Positions 8,388 through 17,959 of a stretch of DNA of 64,000 nucleotides are shown here, piece by piece. The notes below the pieces were generated by a model that was given only the letters and a program-made list of their open reading frames with translations, was not told where the DNA came from and searched no databases. The translations under genes and the position numbers were made by a program. Source of the stretch: an uncultured Clostridia bacterium. Lineage in GTDB: Bacteria > Bacillota > Clostridia > Christensenellales > UBA1242. Position 1 is the first letter of the stretch. Each line of letters starts with the position of its first letter. The DNA is taken from positions 2,403-66,402 of the forward strand of contig CANRIT010000005.1 in NCBI GenBank assembly GCA_947630745.1, read 5' to 3'.

Positions 8388-9533
8388 TTAAATTTTGTAC
8401 TTTTTGCTTGACGGCTTTGGGGTGGCAAATTTTAGGGTAAGCGACTCGTTGTTGGTTTTTTTATCCACATTGATGACCACACCTATTGCGGACAAAAACA
8501 CAAAGAGTGAGGTGCTGCCCGCGCTTATAAACGGAAGAGGCAGCCCGGTTGGCGGAATTGAGCCAGTTACCACGGCGATGTTTAAAATAACTTGTATGCT
8601 TATTATTGCGCCTATGCCAAAGCACAAAAAGGCGGAAAATTTGTTGTTTGCGCGCATGCCAACCTTAAATATATACACTATAAGCACAAAGAAAACCGCC
8701 ACCAGCATAATACAGCCCATAAAGCCCAATTCTTCCGCTATTATGCTGAAAATGAAGTCGGATTCGCTAAACGGCAAAAATAGTTCGGCTTGGCGACTGT
8801 TGAAAAGCCCCACTCCCCACACCCCGCCACTGCCAATGGCGTAAAGCGACTGAATAAGCTGATAACCTTCATCAAGCGGGTTTGCCCACGGGTTTAAAAA
8901 GGCTACAATGCGGTTTAGCCTATAAGGTTCAATTAAAATAAGCGCAACCACAAGCGCAATTGCTGGCACAATCATAATTGCAAACACTTTAAGCCGCATG
9001 CCACCAATAAACAGCATAAATATTAGAGTTAACGCCACGCACATGGTGATTGACATGTTTGGCTCTAACATAATAAGCAAGCAGTACAGCCCGCCAAAAA
9101 TAAGCGTTAGCAAAATGTGCTTTGGCTTGCAAAGTTTGTCGCCGTCAGCAAGGTAGCCGGCAAGGAAAAACACTAAACAAAACTTGGCGATTTCGCTTGG
9201 CTGGATGGTGAAACTTCCCACGCCTATCCATCTGGTTGCGCCGTAGCTGGTGCGGCTTAACCCGGGCACAAACACCAAGGCAAGCATAATTAAGCCAACA
9301 AAATAAAACACCCAATAAAACTTTTTGTACACGCGGTGATTTATAAAGCTGGTTATAGTTAGCCCCGCAAAACCAATAACCACACCTATTATCTGCTTTT
9401 TTAAATAGAAAAACTGGTCGCCATAATTAACCAAGGCGGAATACTTGCTTGCGCTGTACACCATAACGCAGCCAAAAACGGCAAGCAGTAGTGTGCAAAA
9501 CAAGATTACAAGGCTATTTTGCTTTTGACGCAT
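8388..9533 (-). CDS. ftsW: SEDS-family peptidoglycan glycosyltransferase FtsW/SpoVE
   Basis: 381 aa polytopic membrane protein with SEDS-like motifs (QPSEIAKF, GSGGVWGVGLFNS, PFISAGSTS). Located between murD and murA. Confidence 0.9.
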   Translation of the reverse strand: MRQKQNSLVILFCTLLLAVFGCVMVYSASKYSALVNYGDQFFYLKKQIIGVVIGFAGLTITSFINHRVYKKFYWVFYFVGLIMLALVFVPGLSRTSYGATRWIGVGSFTIQPSEIAKFCLVFFLAGYLADGDKLCKPKHILLTLIFGGLYCLLIMLEPNMSITMCVALTLIFMLFIGGMRLKVFAIMIVPAIALVVALILIEPYRLNRIVAFLNPWANPLDEGYQLIQSLYAIGSGGVWGVGLFNSRQAELFLPFSESDFIFSIIAEELGFMGCIMLVAVFFVLIVYIFKVGMRANNKFSAFLCFGIGAIISIQVILNIAVVTGSIPPTGLPLPFISAGSTSLFVFLSAIGVVINVDKKTNNESLTLKFATPKPSSKKYKI

Positions 9534-10818
9534 ATTCTTCCACCTTGCTGTTGAAAAGGTTGCCGCGCGCTATGTAGCTAGAAAACTGGTCGTAACTGGC
9601 GGTTGCGGGTGACAACAACACATTGTCGTTATCTATTGCAACGGACACGGCAAAATCGAACGCGGCGGACAAATCTTTGCACTTTTTTATTGGAAAACTG
9701 TTGTTGTTGGCAGTTATTAAATCGTCCGCAATTTCGCCATACACCACCACTTGCTTTACGCGCTTAGATAGTTTAGAAAACAATTCGCTGTAATCTAAGC
9801 CCTTTTTGCTGCCACCTAAAAGCAAGATTATTGCGCCTTTAATCGTTTCCACACTGGCAAGCGTGGACGCCACGTTTGTCGACTTGCTGTCGTTGTAAAA
9901 ATGTATGCCGTTAACCGAAGTTAACTTTTCTATGCGGAAATGCTCGGGGGTAAAAGAGATTAACGCCTCGCGCATTTTTTGTGGCGGAATTTTGTAGATG
10001 TAGGCAAAACCTATTGCGCACATAACGTTGCATAGATTGTGATTGCCCTTTATTTTAAGCTCGTTTACCGCAACAATTTGGTTTTGGTGCAAATAGATGT
10101 AGCCGTCCTTTATGTAGATGTCGGCAACGTGATTTAGCGAATAAGTTACAGTTAAACATTCGGTTAGCGGGTGGATTTTTTCGTCCAAATTTACCACGGC
10201 GTAATCGGTTGAAGTTAGGTTTTTATATATGCTGCGCTTTAAATTTGAATATTCTTGCATGGTTTTGTGGCGGATAAGGTGGTCGGGAGATACATTTGTT
10301 ACGCTGGCGGCATGTGGGCAAAATGTGTCTGCGTTTTCCAGCATAAAACTGCTTACTTCACACACCTTTATGTGGTTTTTATTATTTAAAACCGCGCGCG
10401 AAAGCGGATAGCCAATGTTTCCGCATGCAATGGCTTTGTATTTTTGTTTTAGCAGCAATTCAACAAGCTGAACGGTGGTAGTTTTACCGTTTGTGCCAGT
10501 TATTGCAATTAAATTTTTGCAAAATTGCGCGGCAAATTCAAGTTCGCTGTAAATTTTTATCTTGTTTTTCCTTGCCATAACAAGATATTGATTGTCCTTT
10601 TCAATTGACGGGGAAACCACAATAAAATCAAACTGGATAATTATATCTTCGTCCAAGCAGTTTATTAAAAAGCAATTTACAAAGTTTTTTGTTTTAAAAA
10701 TGCTGCTGTCGTCATCGTACACAAAGACGTTTGCTTTGTGTTTGTTTAAAAGCTTAACCGCCCACTCGCCCGACTGCGACATTCCATATACCAAGACATT
10801 TTTGTTTTTTAACTTCAT
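9514..10818 (-). CDS. murD: UDP-N-acetylmuramoylalanine--D-glutamate ligase MurD
   Basis: 434 aa. N-terminal Rossmann segment VLVYGMSQSGEWAVKLL and Mur ligase P-loop ITGTNGKTTTVQL. Overlaps the ftsW start by 20 nt. Confidence 0.9.
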   Translation of the reverse strand: MKLKNKNVLVYGMSQSGEWAVKLLNKHKANVFVYDDDSSIFKTKNFVNCFLINCLDEDIIIQFDFIVVSPSIEKDNQYLVMARKNKIKIYSELEFAAQFCKNLIAITGTNGKTTTVQLVELLLKQKYKAIACGNIGYPLSRAVLNNKNHIKVCEVSSFMLENADTFCPHAASVTNVSPDHLIRHKTMQEYSNLKRSIYKNLTSTDYAVVNLDEKIHPLTECLTVTYSLNHVADIYIKDGYIYLHQNQIVAVNELKIKGNHNLCNVMCAIGFAYIYKIPPQKMREALISFTPEHFRIEKLTSVNGIHFYNDSKSTNVASTLASVETIKGAIILLLGGSKKGLDYSELFSKLSKRVKQVVVYGEIADDLITANNNSFPIKKCKDLSAAFDFAVSVAIDNDNVLLSPATASYDQFSSYIARGNLFNSKVEEYASKAK

Positions 10819-10863
10819 TATGCCTCCAACTTATTAAATTATATTTTTTTGCAAAAACTGATA

Positions 10864-11856
10864 TTACAAAAGGTAAAAAATAATTGTTATTACGCTTGTT
10901 ATTACGGTTATTGTGCTGTAAAGGTAAACAATTTTTGGCTCGGACAAGTTGCTTAGTTGCAAATGATGGTGAAAGGGCGCCATTTTAAACAGCCGCTTGT
11001 GTTTTAGCTTAAACACCGCAACTTGCAAAATAACCGATATTGCGCTAAACACAAAGCAAAAGCCCAAAATTGGGATTATTAATGGCTGGCCAACAAGGCA
11101 AGCGGAAGATGCGATATATCCGCCCAAGCAAAGCGAGCCAACATCCCCCATAAAAATTGACGCCTTGCTTGTGTTGAAAAATAAAAACCCCATAATTGCG
11201 CCAATAAACAGCATGTTAAGTTGATTGATGTTGTATAGGTTTGTTATGGCTTGTCCGGTTTCGCCCGCAAGGTAGAGTTTGTTTGACACAAGCGCACAGA
11301 TGATTGAAAACGCCACAAGGTAGACAATTGTAACCACGCCCGCAAGCGCATCCAACCCATCGGTTAAATTTACGCTGTTTGTGCAAGCGATAACCACAAA
11401 AATAACAAGCGGGATAACAAAAAATTTTAGGTCGATTGTTTTGTAAGTAAACGGAACAAACACTTTGCCGCCAACTGTTAAAAAGATAAAAATTGCAAAC
11501 ACAAGCGCAATACCAAACTGACCAATAATTTTTTGATATGGGCGCAAACCTAGGTTTTGCTTGTACTTGATTTTTAAAAAATCGTCCATAAAACCAAGCA
11601 CGCCCAAAAAGGCTGCAACTAGATATGCAGTAAACCACTGCCAATTAAACTTGATAAAAATTAGTGCTAGTGGTAGTGTAGATAGTATAAATAATACCCC
11701 ACCCATAGTTGTTGTACCATTTTTGTCTTTGTGGTTTGTTACATAGTTAAGTATTGTTTGATTTACGCTTAGTTTGGTTAGCACCCGCTTGACTGCTGGC
11801 ATTAAGGCAGTTGACAAAACAAAACTTACAACAAATATAATTAACAGATTTATCAT
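10864..11856 (-). CDS. mraY: Phospho-N-acetylmuramoyl-pentapeptide transferase MraY
   Basis: 330 aa membrane protein with motifs GFMDDFLKI, NLTDGLDALAG, FMGDVGSL and APFHHHL. ATGA overlap with the murE stop. Confidence 0.95.
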   Translation of the reverse strand: MINLLIIFVVSFVLSTALMPAVKRVLTKLSVNQTILNYVTNHKDKNGTTTMGGVLFILSTLPLALIFIKFNWQWFTAYLVAAFLGVLGFMDDFLKIKYKQNLGLRPYQKIIGQFGIALVFAIFIFLTVGGKVFVPFTYKTIDLKFFVIPLVIFVVIACTNSVNLTDGLDALAGVVTIVYLVAFSIICALVSNKLYLAGETGQAITNLYNINQLNMLFIGAIMGFLFFNTSKASIFMGDVGSLCLGGYIASSACLVGQPLIIPILGFCFVFSAISVILQVAVFKLKHKRLFKMAPFHHHLQLSNLSEPKIVYLYSTITVITSVITIIFYLL

Positions 11857-13310
11857 AATTTTATTTTGCCTTTTAGTGAATATTTAAAATAGTTGTCCAC
11901 GCAATCGTAGTCGCTAAATGGATACTTTACCCCTTTAACCTCTTGATAACTTTCCGCCCCCTTGCCCAAAATTGCCACCACATCATTTGGTTTGGCAATG
12001 GTCAGCGCGTATTCAATTGCTGAACGCCTATCCGTTATGCGCACCATGTTTTTTGCCTCGTTGTCCTTTGTTATGTCGTCAATAATAAAGTCTGGATTTT
12101 CGTCACGCGGATTGTCGCTGGTCACAATCACATAATCGCTGTTTTTGCACGCAATCTGCCCCATTTCCGCCCGCTTGGTTTTGTCGCGATTCCCGCCGCA
12201 GCCAAACACGGTAATTATGTTTTTTACTGGCAGTTGTTTTAATGCGTTAAGCACGTTTTTTATCCCGTCTGGTGTGTGGGCGTAATCGATAAGCACATTA
12301 AAATCCGCATCAAGTTTAAGCATATTAAATCTGCCCGGAATGAATATTTGGTACGATTTTAATATCGACAAAATATCGATTATATCAATACCCAACTTAA
12401 CCAAGCACGCAATTGCGGTTAAGCAGTTGTAAACATTGTAGTCGCCCATCAAATTGGTGGAGCAAGCGTAGGTTTTTTGCTGGTATTCAAACTTAAACTC
12501 GCTGCCGCGTATGGTGTGAGTTATGTTCATCAGCCTAAAATCTGCGTCATGCCCGATTGTTGAAAGCGGAATTAAAGAATTTTTTACTAGTTCCTTACAA
12601 TTTGCTCCATCCATATTTAGCACGCCCGCTTTGGCATGGCGGGGAGAAAACAGACTATATTTGCATTTTATATAGTTTTCCATAGTGATAAAAAAATCTA
12701 GATGGTCTTTTGTTATGTTGGTTAGCGCCACCATGTCGAACATGATGTAGTCGATTTTGTTAAGTGCGATGGCGTGAGCGGAAATTTCCATTATGCAGTA
12801 TTCGCAGCCGTTATCGTCCATTTCGCGGATGAGTTTGTGCAAGACAATTGGGTCGGGAGTGGTAAGCATGGGCGGCAAAAGCAGATTACCAATGTATATC
12901 CCTTCTGTGCCAATAAGCCCTACTCTATGCCCAAGATTGGTTAAAACTTCGCGCAAAAGATAGCTTGTGGTGGTTTTGCCATTTGTGCCAGTTATGCCAA
13001 TAAATTTCATTTTGGTTTTGTAAGTGGAATAAAAAACTTGGCAAATATAGCTCATTGCCGTGCGGACATTTTCAACACATATCTGGGTAACGGGGATGTC
13101 TAAAAAGCGTTCAACCACCAAACAAACCGCGCCGTTTGACACACTTTCCGCAGCAAAATCGTGCCCATCGTAGCGCATACCCTTAATGGCGAAATAGATT
13201 GCACTGCTAACCTTTTGCTTGCTGTTGGTGGTAAGGCTGTCTATATCCACATCTTTGTAGTATTTTATGCCAATAAATTTCATGTTTGAAATAATGTCAT
13301 ACAATTTCAT
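11853..13310 (-). CDS. murE: UDP-MurNAc-tripeptide synthetase MurE (DNPR motif, probably meso-DAP adding)
   Basis: 485 aa. Motifs GITGTNGKTTTSYLL, GCGGNRDKTKR and TSDNPRDENP. GGGG RBS. Confidence 0.92.
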   Translation of the reverse strand: MKLYDIISNMKFIGIKYYKDVDIDSLTTNSKQKVSSAIYFAIKGMRYDGHDFAAESVSNGAVCLVVERFLDIPVTQICVENVRTAMSYICQVFYSTYKTKMKFIGITGTNGKTTTSYLLREVLTNLGHRVGLIGTEGIYIGNLLLPPMLTTPDPIVLHKLIREMDDNGCEYCIMEISAHAIALNKIDYIMFDMVALTNITKDHLDFFITMENYIKCKYSLFSPRHAKAGVLNMDGANCKELVKNSLIPLSTIGHDADFRLMNITHTIRGSEFKFEYQQKTYACSTNLMGDYNVYNCLTAIACLVKLGIDIIDILSILKSYQIFIPGRFNMLKLDADFNVLIDYAHTPDGIKNVLNALKQLPVKNIITVFGCGGNRDKTKRAEMGQIACKNSDYVIVTSDNPRDENPDFIIDDITKDNEAKNMVRITDRRSAIEYALTIAKPNDVVAILGKGAESYQEVKGVKYPFSDYDCVDNYFKYSLKGKIKL

Positions 13311-13466
13311 AATTTTCCCCTTTTGGGTAATCTATCACACTTATATGCCGTTTTAACCAGCCTGCCAAAAATAGACAAAATGATATTTTTGTTGCATTTT
13401 TTATGCATTTTGTGCAAATTATCCTTATTTTTTGTGTTTTTTTTGACAAGTGGGACCAGAACGCGC

Positions 13467-13560
13467 AACGGGCGGGGCTAAAGCGGGCAAACGTGTTGCC
13501 CGCTAGCTAGGGGCAGCGCCCCTAGCGGCAAACGCAGTTTGCCTTAGCCCCGCCCCCGTT
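13467..13560. repeat. GC-rich four-way-junction palindromic element, copy 1
   Basis: Outer stem gggcggggctaa (13470-13481) pairs with ttagccccgccc (13544-13555). It encloses three hairpins: 13483-13503 (8 bp), 13507-13525 (8 bp) and 13527-13543 (7 bp). Begins 8 nt after the ftsI stop. No U-tract on either strand. Confidence 0.85.
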
Positions 13561-13568
13561 TTGCCTAA

Positions 13569-15473
13569 TCATCCCGTTATAAGTTGAATAACCTCACCAA
13601 GATAAAGCATAGTCCCCGCTGGCGGAAGTTGCGCAATAATAATCTCTCCATCCGTATCGCACACAAATTCTAGCCCAATCGCTTTAAGTTCAGCCGCCGC
13701 TTCTTCAATTGTCTTACCCACCAAATTTGGCATTTCAATCGTTGGTTTAAGGGTAAGTTGACTTTCATCATCTGGCCTTATCGCCTTTGTTTCAAAAATC
13801 GCTTGCAAAATGCGCTGTCCAACCGGTTTTGCAACCACTCCACCATAATATGCTCCCGCGCTTGGCTCGTTTACACAGATTAAGATGATGTATTTTGGGT
13901 TATATGTTGGGTAAGTTCCCACAAAACTGGAAATATATTTTCCGCTGGCAATTTTTCCGTCAGCGCCATATTTTTGCGCCGTTCCCGTTTTTCCGCCGAC
14001 CGAATAGCCAGCCACAAAACTCATTTTGCCATCGCTGTTTACATTGTTAAATAGCAGATTGTTTATAGTTTCAATTGTGTCCGCTTTTAAATTTATATCG
14101 GTTTTTGCGTTTGAGTTTGCGTATAAGGTTTTTCCGTCAAAGGTTATTTTACTTAACAAATGTGGCACAAAATTCTGCCCGCCCGTAATTTTCCCGTACA
14201 CGGTTGCAAGTTGAAGTTGGGTAACCGCCACCGCGTGCCCAAAACCAATACGCGCCAAGTCCACTGTGCGCACCCCTTCTTTTGGCATAATAATTCCCGC
14301 GCTTTCGCTGTAAATATCCACCCCAGTTTTTTCGCCAAGTCCAAAATAGTTAAGGTATTGATAATATTTTTCCACTCCCAGCCTTAACGCCAAATTAACA
14401 AACACGCAGTTGCAGCTGTTTTTAAATGCTTCGCTAAGTGTTTGGCTGCCATGACCAATTGTGCGCCAACATTTTATTGTTTCGCCGTCAACCGTGGTTC
14501 GCCCGCCGCAATAAAACTGGTCGTCAACATCCACAAGCCCTTCGTTTAAAGCTGCGGCAAGGGTTACAAGTTTAAAGGTGCTGCCCGGTTCGTAAACATC
14601 CACAACCGACACATTTTTTGTTTGGTTTTGAAGTTTGGTTAGGTCATCGCGCGGCACGGCATTCAAGTCAAAATTGGGCAAAGTTGCCATCGCCTTAATT
14701 CCGCCAGTTTGCGCATCCAAAATTATCCCACTAACCGACAGTGCGTTGTTTTCGTTGTATGCGGTTAAAAGTTCGCGCTCCATTATCGACTGCATTTGAA
14801 CATCAATTGTGGTATGTAAATCCGCACCCGCCACGCTTGGCAGATAATAGCTTAGCGAATTATCTATCTCTTTGCCTTGCGCGTTGGTTTGAGTAAGGCT
14901 TTTACCGTCAATTCCTTTAAGGTATTTGTCGTAATAAAGTTCAAGCCCCGCCTGCCCGATGTTGTCAATTGTGCAATAGCCCAAAACTTGTGTTAAAAGG
15001 TTGGAATATGGGTAAACGCGCGCCACATTTTGGCTAAGATACACTCCCGCATACTCAGTAAGCGATAGTGCCAATTTTTCGTCCACCTGCATTTTTATAA
15101 GTATCTCGCTAAGGCTTTTGTTGGTTACCTTGCTGTAAACCTTGTTGTAATCCAAGTTTAGTTTGTCCGACAAAACAAGGGCAAGTTCGCTTGCGTTTTT
15201 AACATTTCGCGCGCGCACATAAACATCATAAGTGGTTATTGTGGTTGCCAAGCGCACCCCGTTTGCGTCCAAAATCTCGCCGCGTTTGCTTGAAAGGGGT
15301 AAATCTCTAAGCCACTCTTCTGCCGCCAACGCTTGAAGATGCCGCCCGTCAATTATTTGCAAATAGAATATGCGTGAAATTAGCGCCACAAAAATGGTTA
15401 AAACAATTAAAATTGTTGCAATAAATCGCCTTTCCAACGAATATATATTGTAAAAAGTTTTAAATTTCCGCAT
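13569..15473 (-). CDS. ftsI: Class B penicillin-binding protein (FtsI/PBP2B/SpoVD-like) with C-terminal PASTA domain
   Basis: 634 aa. N-terminal TM helix. Transpeptidase motifs STFK, S-C-N and KTGT. PASTA-like tail PNLVGKTIEEAAAELKAIGLEF. No SD; a TATAAT lies 4 nt before the ATG. Confidence 0.92.
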   Translation of the reverse strand: MRKFKTFYNIYSLERRFIATILIVLTIFVALISRIFYLQIIDGRHLQALAAEEWLRDLPLSSKRGEILDANGVRLATTITTYDVYVRARNVKNASELALVLSDKLNLDYNKVYSKVTNKSLSEILIKMQVDEKLALSLTEYAGVYLSQNVARVYPYSNLLTQVLGYCTIDNIGQAGLELYYDKYLKGIDGKSLTQTNAQGKEIDNSLSYYLPSVAGADLHTTIDVQMQSIMERELLTAYNENNALSVSGIILDAQTGGIKAMATLPNFDLNAVPRDDLTKLQNQTKNVSVVDVYEPGSTFKLVTLAAALNEGLVDVDDQFYCGGRTTVDGETIKCWRTIGHGSQTLSEAFKNSCNCVFVNLALRLGVEKYYQYLNYFGLGEKTGVDIYSESAGIIMPKEGVRTVDLARIGFGHAVAVTQLQLATVYGKITGGQNFVPHLLSKITFDGKTLYANSNAKTDINLKADTIETINNLLFNNVNSDGKMSFVAGYSVGGKTGTAQKYGADGKIASGKYISSFVGTYPTYNPKYIILICVNEPSAGAYYGGVVAKPVGQRILQAIFETKAIRPDDESQLTLKPTIEMPNLVGKTIEEAAAELKAIGLEFVCDTDGEIIIAQLPPAGTMLYLGEVIQLITG

Positions 15474-15515
15474 ACATATTATATTTGTTTTTGTTTCTAT
15501 TAATGCTTGGCGTGA

Positions 15516-15543
15516 AAATAAAAAAAGGTGAAATAAATCACCT
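15516..15543 (-). terminator. Internal rho-independent terminator/attenuator upstream of ftsI
   Basis: aaggtga (15524-15530) pairs with tcacctt (15537-15543), loop aataaa. On the minus strand it is followed by TTTTTTTATTTT. Confidence 0.65.
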
Positions 15544-15562
15544 TAAAATAAACAAATCCTAT

Positions 15563-16129
15563 TTAGCCAAACAGCGATTTAAACAAAATTGTTATGCGGT
15601 CAAAGAAAGTTAAGCCGTTTTCATCATCACCATAATCGCGCGGGGTGTTAAGGGTAATGTAACCGTCTAGCACATTTTCTTCCGCCGTGTCATTATTTTG
15701 ATTGGCTAGATATGTGTTGCCCTGCTGCATGGTGTAGGTTTGGCTGTTTATATCCCTATTTTTGCTTATAAGTGTGGCTGTGTTAACCCCAATAAGGCCA
15801 AGCAGCAACACGCAAACAATTGAATACACCACAGTAAAAAGTTTTACGCGATGCTTAACAAACGCACGCTTTTCATCTTCTTTACGCGTAAAAATTTTGT
15901 CAACTGGCTTTTCGTTTTGCTTAACTTGCTGCAAACCTTGCGGGGTAGAATCTATGTCAGTTTTAATATCCTTTTCGCTTTTAAGCAAATCTTCCAAATT
16001 TGGCAAATCATCAAAACGAGTTTCTGTTTTTGGGTCAATTTGCACATCGCGTTTGACTTCTGTTTGAGTGTTTGCGCTGGTTTGTGCCTGTGGTTGAAGG
16101 TCGGCAAATCTTTCTTGCTCGTCGTCCAT
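15563..16129 (-). CDS. Single-pass membrane protein at the ftsL position (function unproven)
   Basis: 188 aa. Acidic/Lys-rich N-terminal 95 aa, one TM helix (LFTVVYSIVCVLLLGLIGVNTATLI) and a ~65-aa C-terminal tail. AGGAGG RBS. Assignment rests on position between rsmH and ftsI only. Confidence 0.6.
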   Translation of the reverse strand: MDDEQERFADLQPQAQTSANTQTEVKRDVQIDPKTETRFDDLPNLEDLLKSEKDIKTDIDSTPQGLQQVKQNEKPVDKIFTRKEDEKRAFVKHRVKLFTVVYSIVCVLLLGLIGVNTATLISKNRDINSQTYTMQQGNTYLANQNNDTAEENVLDGYITLNTPRDYGDDENGLTFFDRITILFKSLFG

Positions 16130-16185
16130 AACTTCCTCCTTTGTTTACTACATGTTGTGTATGTGGCATATATAATACACAATAT

Positions 16186-17115
16186 CTACAATTTTTCCGC
16201 TATCCTAAGTTTTGCGCTTACCGAACGCGAATTTGCTTGTTGTTCTTGTTCGGACGGCACAATTGGATGCTTGGTTATAAGTTTTATATCCGCTTTATGC
16301 CCACACACGCACACTGGCAGATGTGGCGGGCAAATGCAATCGGTTGAGTGGATTTTAAAGGCTGTTTTTACAATTCTATCTTCTAGCGGATGAAATGATA
16401 TTATACATAGTCTACCACATTTTTTTAAATAAAACAACATTTTTTCAATGCAATTTTTTAAATCGTTAAGTTCGTTGTTAACTTCAATGCGGATGGCTTG
16501 AAACACTTTGTTTGGCAAACTGGTTTTTTGCTGAAATTTGGGCGGATAACTGTCTATAACAATATCGCGCAGTTCAAAAGTTGTTTCAATTGGCTTTGTT
16601 GCGCGCTGTTTTACAATTTTGCGGGCAATTTGGTTGGCGTTTTTTTCTTCACCATATGTAAACATTATGCGCGCCAAATCCGCTTGCGAATATGTGTTTA
16701 CAACCGTGTAAGCGTCCAATTTTTGGCTTTTATCCATGCGCATATCAAGGCGGGCATTGTGCATAAAACTAAACCCCCGCTCGCCGTTATCCAGCTGATA
16801 ACTGCTTACGCCAAGGTCAGCCAAAATGCCGTCCACTTTATCGGGCGAATGTTGTTTTATTATTTCTTCTATATTTGCAAAATTGTCGTTTACAAAAATT
16901 ATTTTGTTAAGGTGGTCGCGCAGCACTTGCTTAGCTTTGTTAAGCGCGTCCGTGTCCTTATCAATGCAGATAAGTTTGCCAGTGGTAAGCCGTTTGGCAA
17001 TTCCAAGCGAATGCCCGCCCCCACCCGTTGTGCAGTCCACATAAACACCATCTGGGCGAATGTTAAGCCCAGCAATGCTTTCTTCTTTTAAAACTGAAAC
17101 GTGTTTAAATTCCAT
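16186..17115 (-). CDS. rsmH: 16S rRNA (cytosine1402-N4)-methyltransferase RsmH (MraW)
   Basis: 309 aa. Opens MEFKHVSVLKEE; SAM motif YVDCTTGGGGHS; C-terminal NSRSVSAKLR. Confidence 0.95.
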   Translation of the reverse strand: MEFKHVSVLKEESIAGLNIRPDGVYVDCTTGGGGHSLGIAKRLTTGKLICIDKDTDALNKAKQVLRDHLNKIIFVNDNFANIEEIIKQHSPDKVDGILADLGVSSYQLDNGERGFSFMHNARLDMRMDKSQKLDAYTVVNTYSQADLARIMFTYGEEKNANQIARKIVKQRATKPIETTFELRDIVIDSYPPKFQQKTSLPNKVFQAIRIEVNNELNDLKNCIEKMLFYLKKCGRLCIISFHPLEDRIVKTAFKIHSTDCICPPHLPVCVCGHKADIKLITKHPIVPSEQEQQANSRSVSAKLRIAEKL

Positions 17116-17129
17116 ACTCTCCTAAAATT

Positions 17130-17825
17130 TTACTCTATTTCCACCAGCGTGTTTTTAACCGCATCGCAACTTGTTAAATAGTATTTTATGCCATTTATTT
17201 CGTTATACAGCATTTTGGGGTTGATATAGCCGTGCAAGTGGGCAAACACCACTTTGTAAACGCCGTTTTCTTTTAGAATGCGGGTGTATTCGCTTGGCTC
17301 GATTTTGTTGTTAAAAGGCGGATAATGAGTAATAAATATAATCTTTTCGTTGTTGGTTTGCAGCTTTTTTGCCGCTTGAAGGGACAGTTCTAGGCGGATG
17401 ACTTCGCGGGCGTAGAGTTTGCGATTTTCTTCCGTATCTTGCTTGCCTTGCGGAATAAGCCAGCCGCGATTGCCACAAAAAATGTAGTCACCAATTTTTA
17501 TTGCATCATTTTGAAGGGCATAGCAGTTTTCGGGCAGAATTTCACGCACCTTACTAAGGCTGCTCCACCAATAGTCATGATTGCCGCGGATAATAATTTT
17601 TGTGCCGGGCAGGTCTTTTATAAAATCAAAATCTGGAACAACTTGGTTAAGTTTCATCGCCCAACTGTAATCGCCCGCCAATATAACAACATCTTCTGGG
17701 CTTACTTTTTGTTTCCAATCCGCTGCCACCTTTGTTTCATGACCATGCCAAACCGGACCGAAAATATCCATGGGTTTGCTGTTGTTGATGTCCAAATGTA
17801 AATCGCTTATTGAGTAGATTTTCAA
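17130..17825 (-). CDS. Calcineurin-like metallophosphoesterase (TTG start)
   Basis: 231 aa. Motifs SDLHLD, GDYSW, GNHDYWW, THYPP and AHLHG. AAGGAG lies 7 nt before the TTG. First gene of the rsmH operon, where mraZ is usually found. Confidence 0.85.
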   Translation of the reverse strand: MKIYSISDLHLDINNSKPMDIFGPVWHGHETKVAADWKQKVSPEDVVILAGDYSWAMKLNQVVPDFDFIKDLPGTKIIIRGNHDYWWSSLSKVREILPENCYALQNDAIKIGDYIFCGNRGWLIPQGKQDTEENRKLYAREVIRLELSLQAAKKLQTNNEKIIFITHYPPFNNKIEPSEYTRILKENGVYKVVFAHLHGYINPKMLYNEINGIKYYLTSCDAVKNTLVEIE

Positions 17826-17843
17826 TTTTTGCTCCTTAATTGT

Positions 17844-17872
17844 ATTTTACCTTAATTTAAACAAAATGTCAA
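17844..17872 (-). promoter_or_regulatory. Sigma-A type promoter of the metallophosphoesterase-rsmH (dcw) operon
   Basis: Minus strand reads TTGACA (17867-17872), a 17-nt spacer, then TAAAAT (17844-17849). Confidence 0.65.
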
Positions 17873-17959
17873 AAGTTTATTGATTGTTGTTGATTTTTGT
17901 TGGCTTTGTGCTTAAATTTACCTTAATTGTAGCTGTTTTTTGTTGAAAGCTGGGCTTTG

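Noticed and set aside
13467-13560. The cloverleaf-shaped GC element as a tRNA or tRNA-like gene
   Set aside because: Stems are 7-12 bp with 3-5-nt loops. There is no 7-nt anticodon loop, no T-loop (TTCRA) or D-loop consensus, and no discriminator/CCA context.
13467-13560. The GC elements as integron attC sites or intrinsic terminators
   Set aside because: The flanks contain AAC...GTT but do not fit RYYYAAC/GTTRRRY. attC sites are single imperfect hairpins, not four-way junctions. No integrase or cassette context is present. No U-tract follows on either strand, so it is not a canonical terminator.
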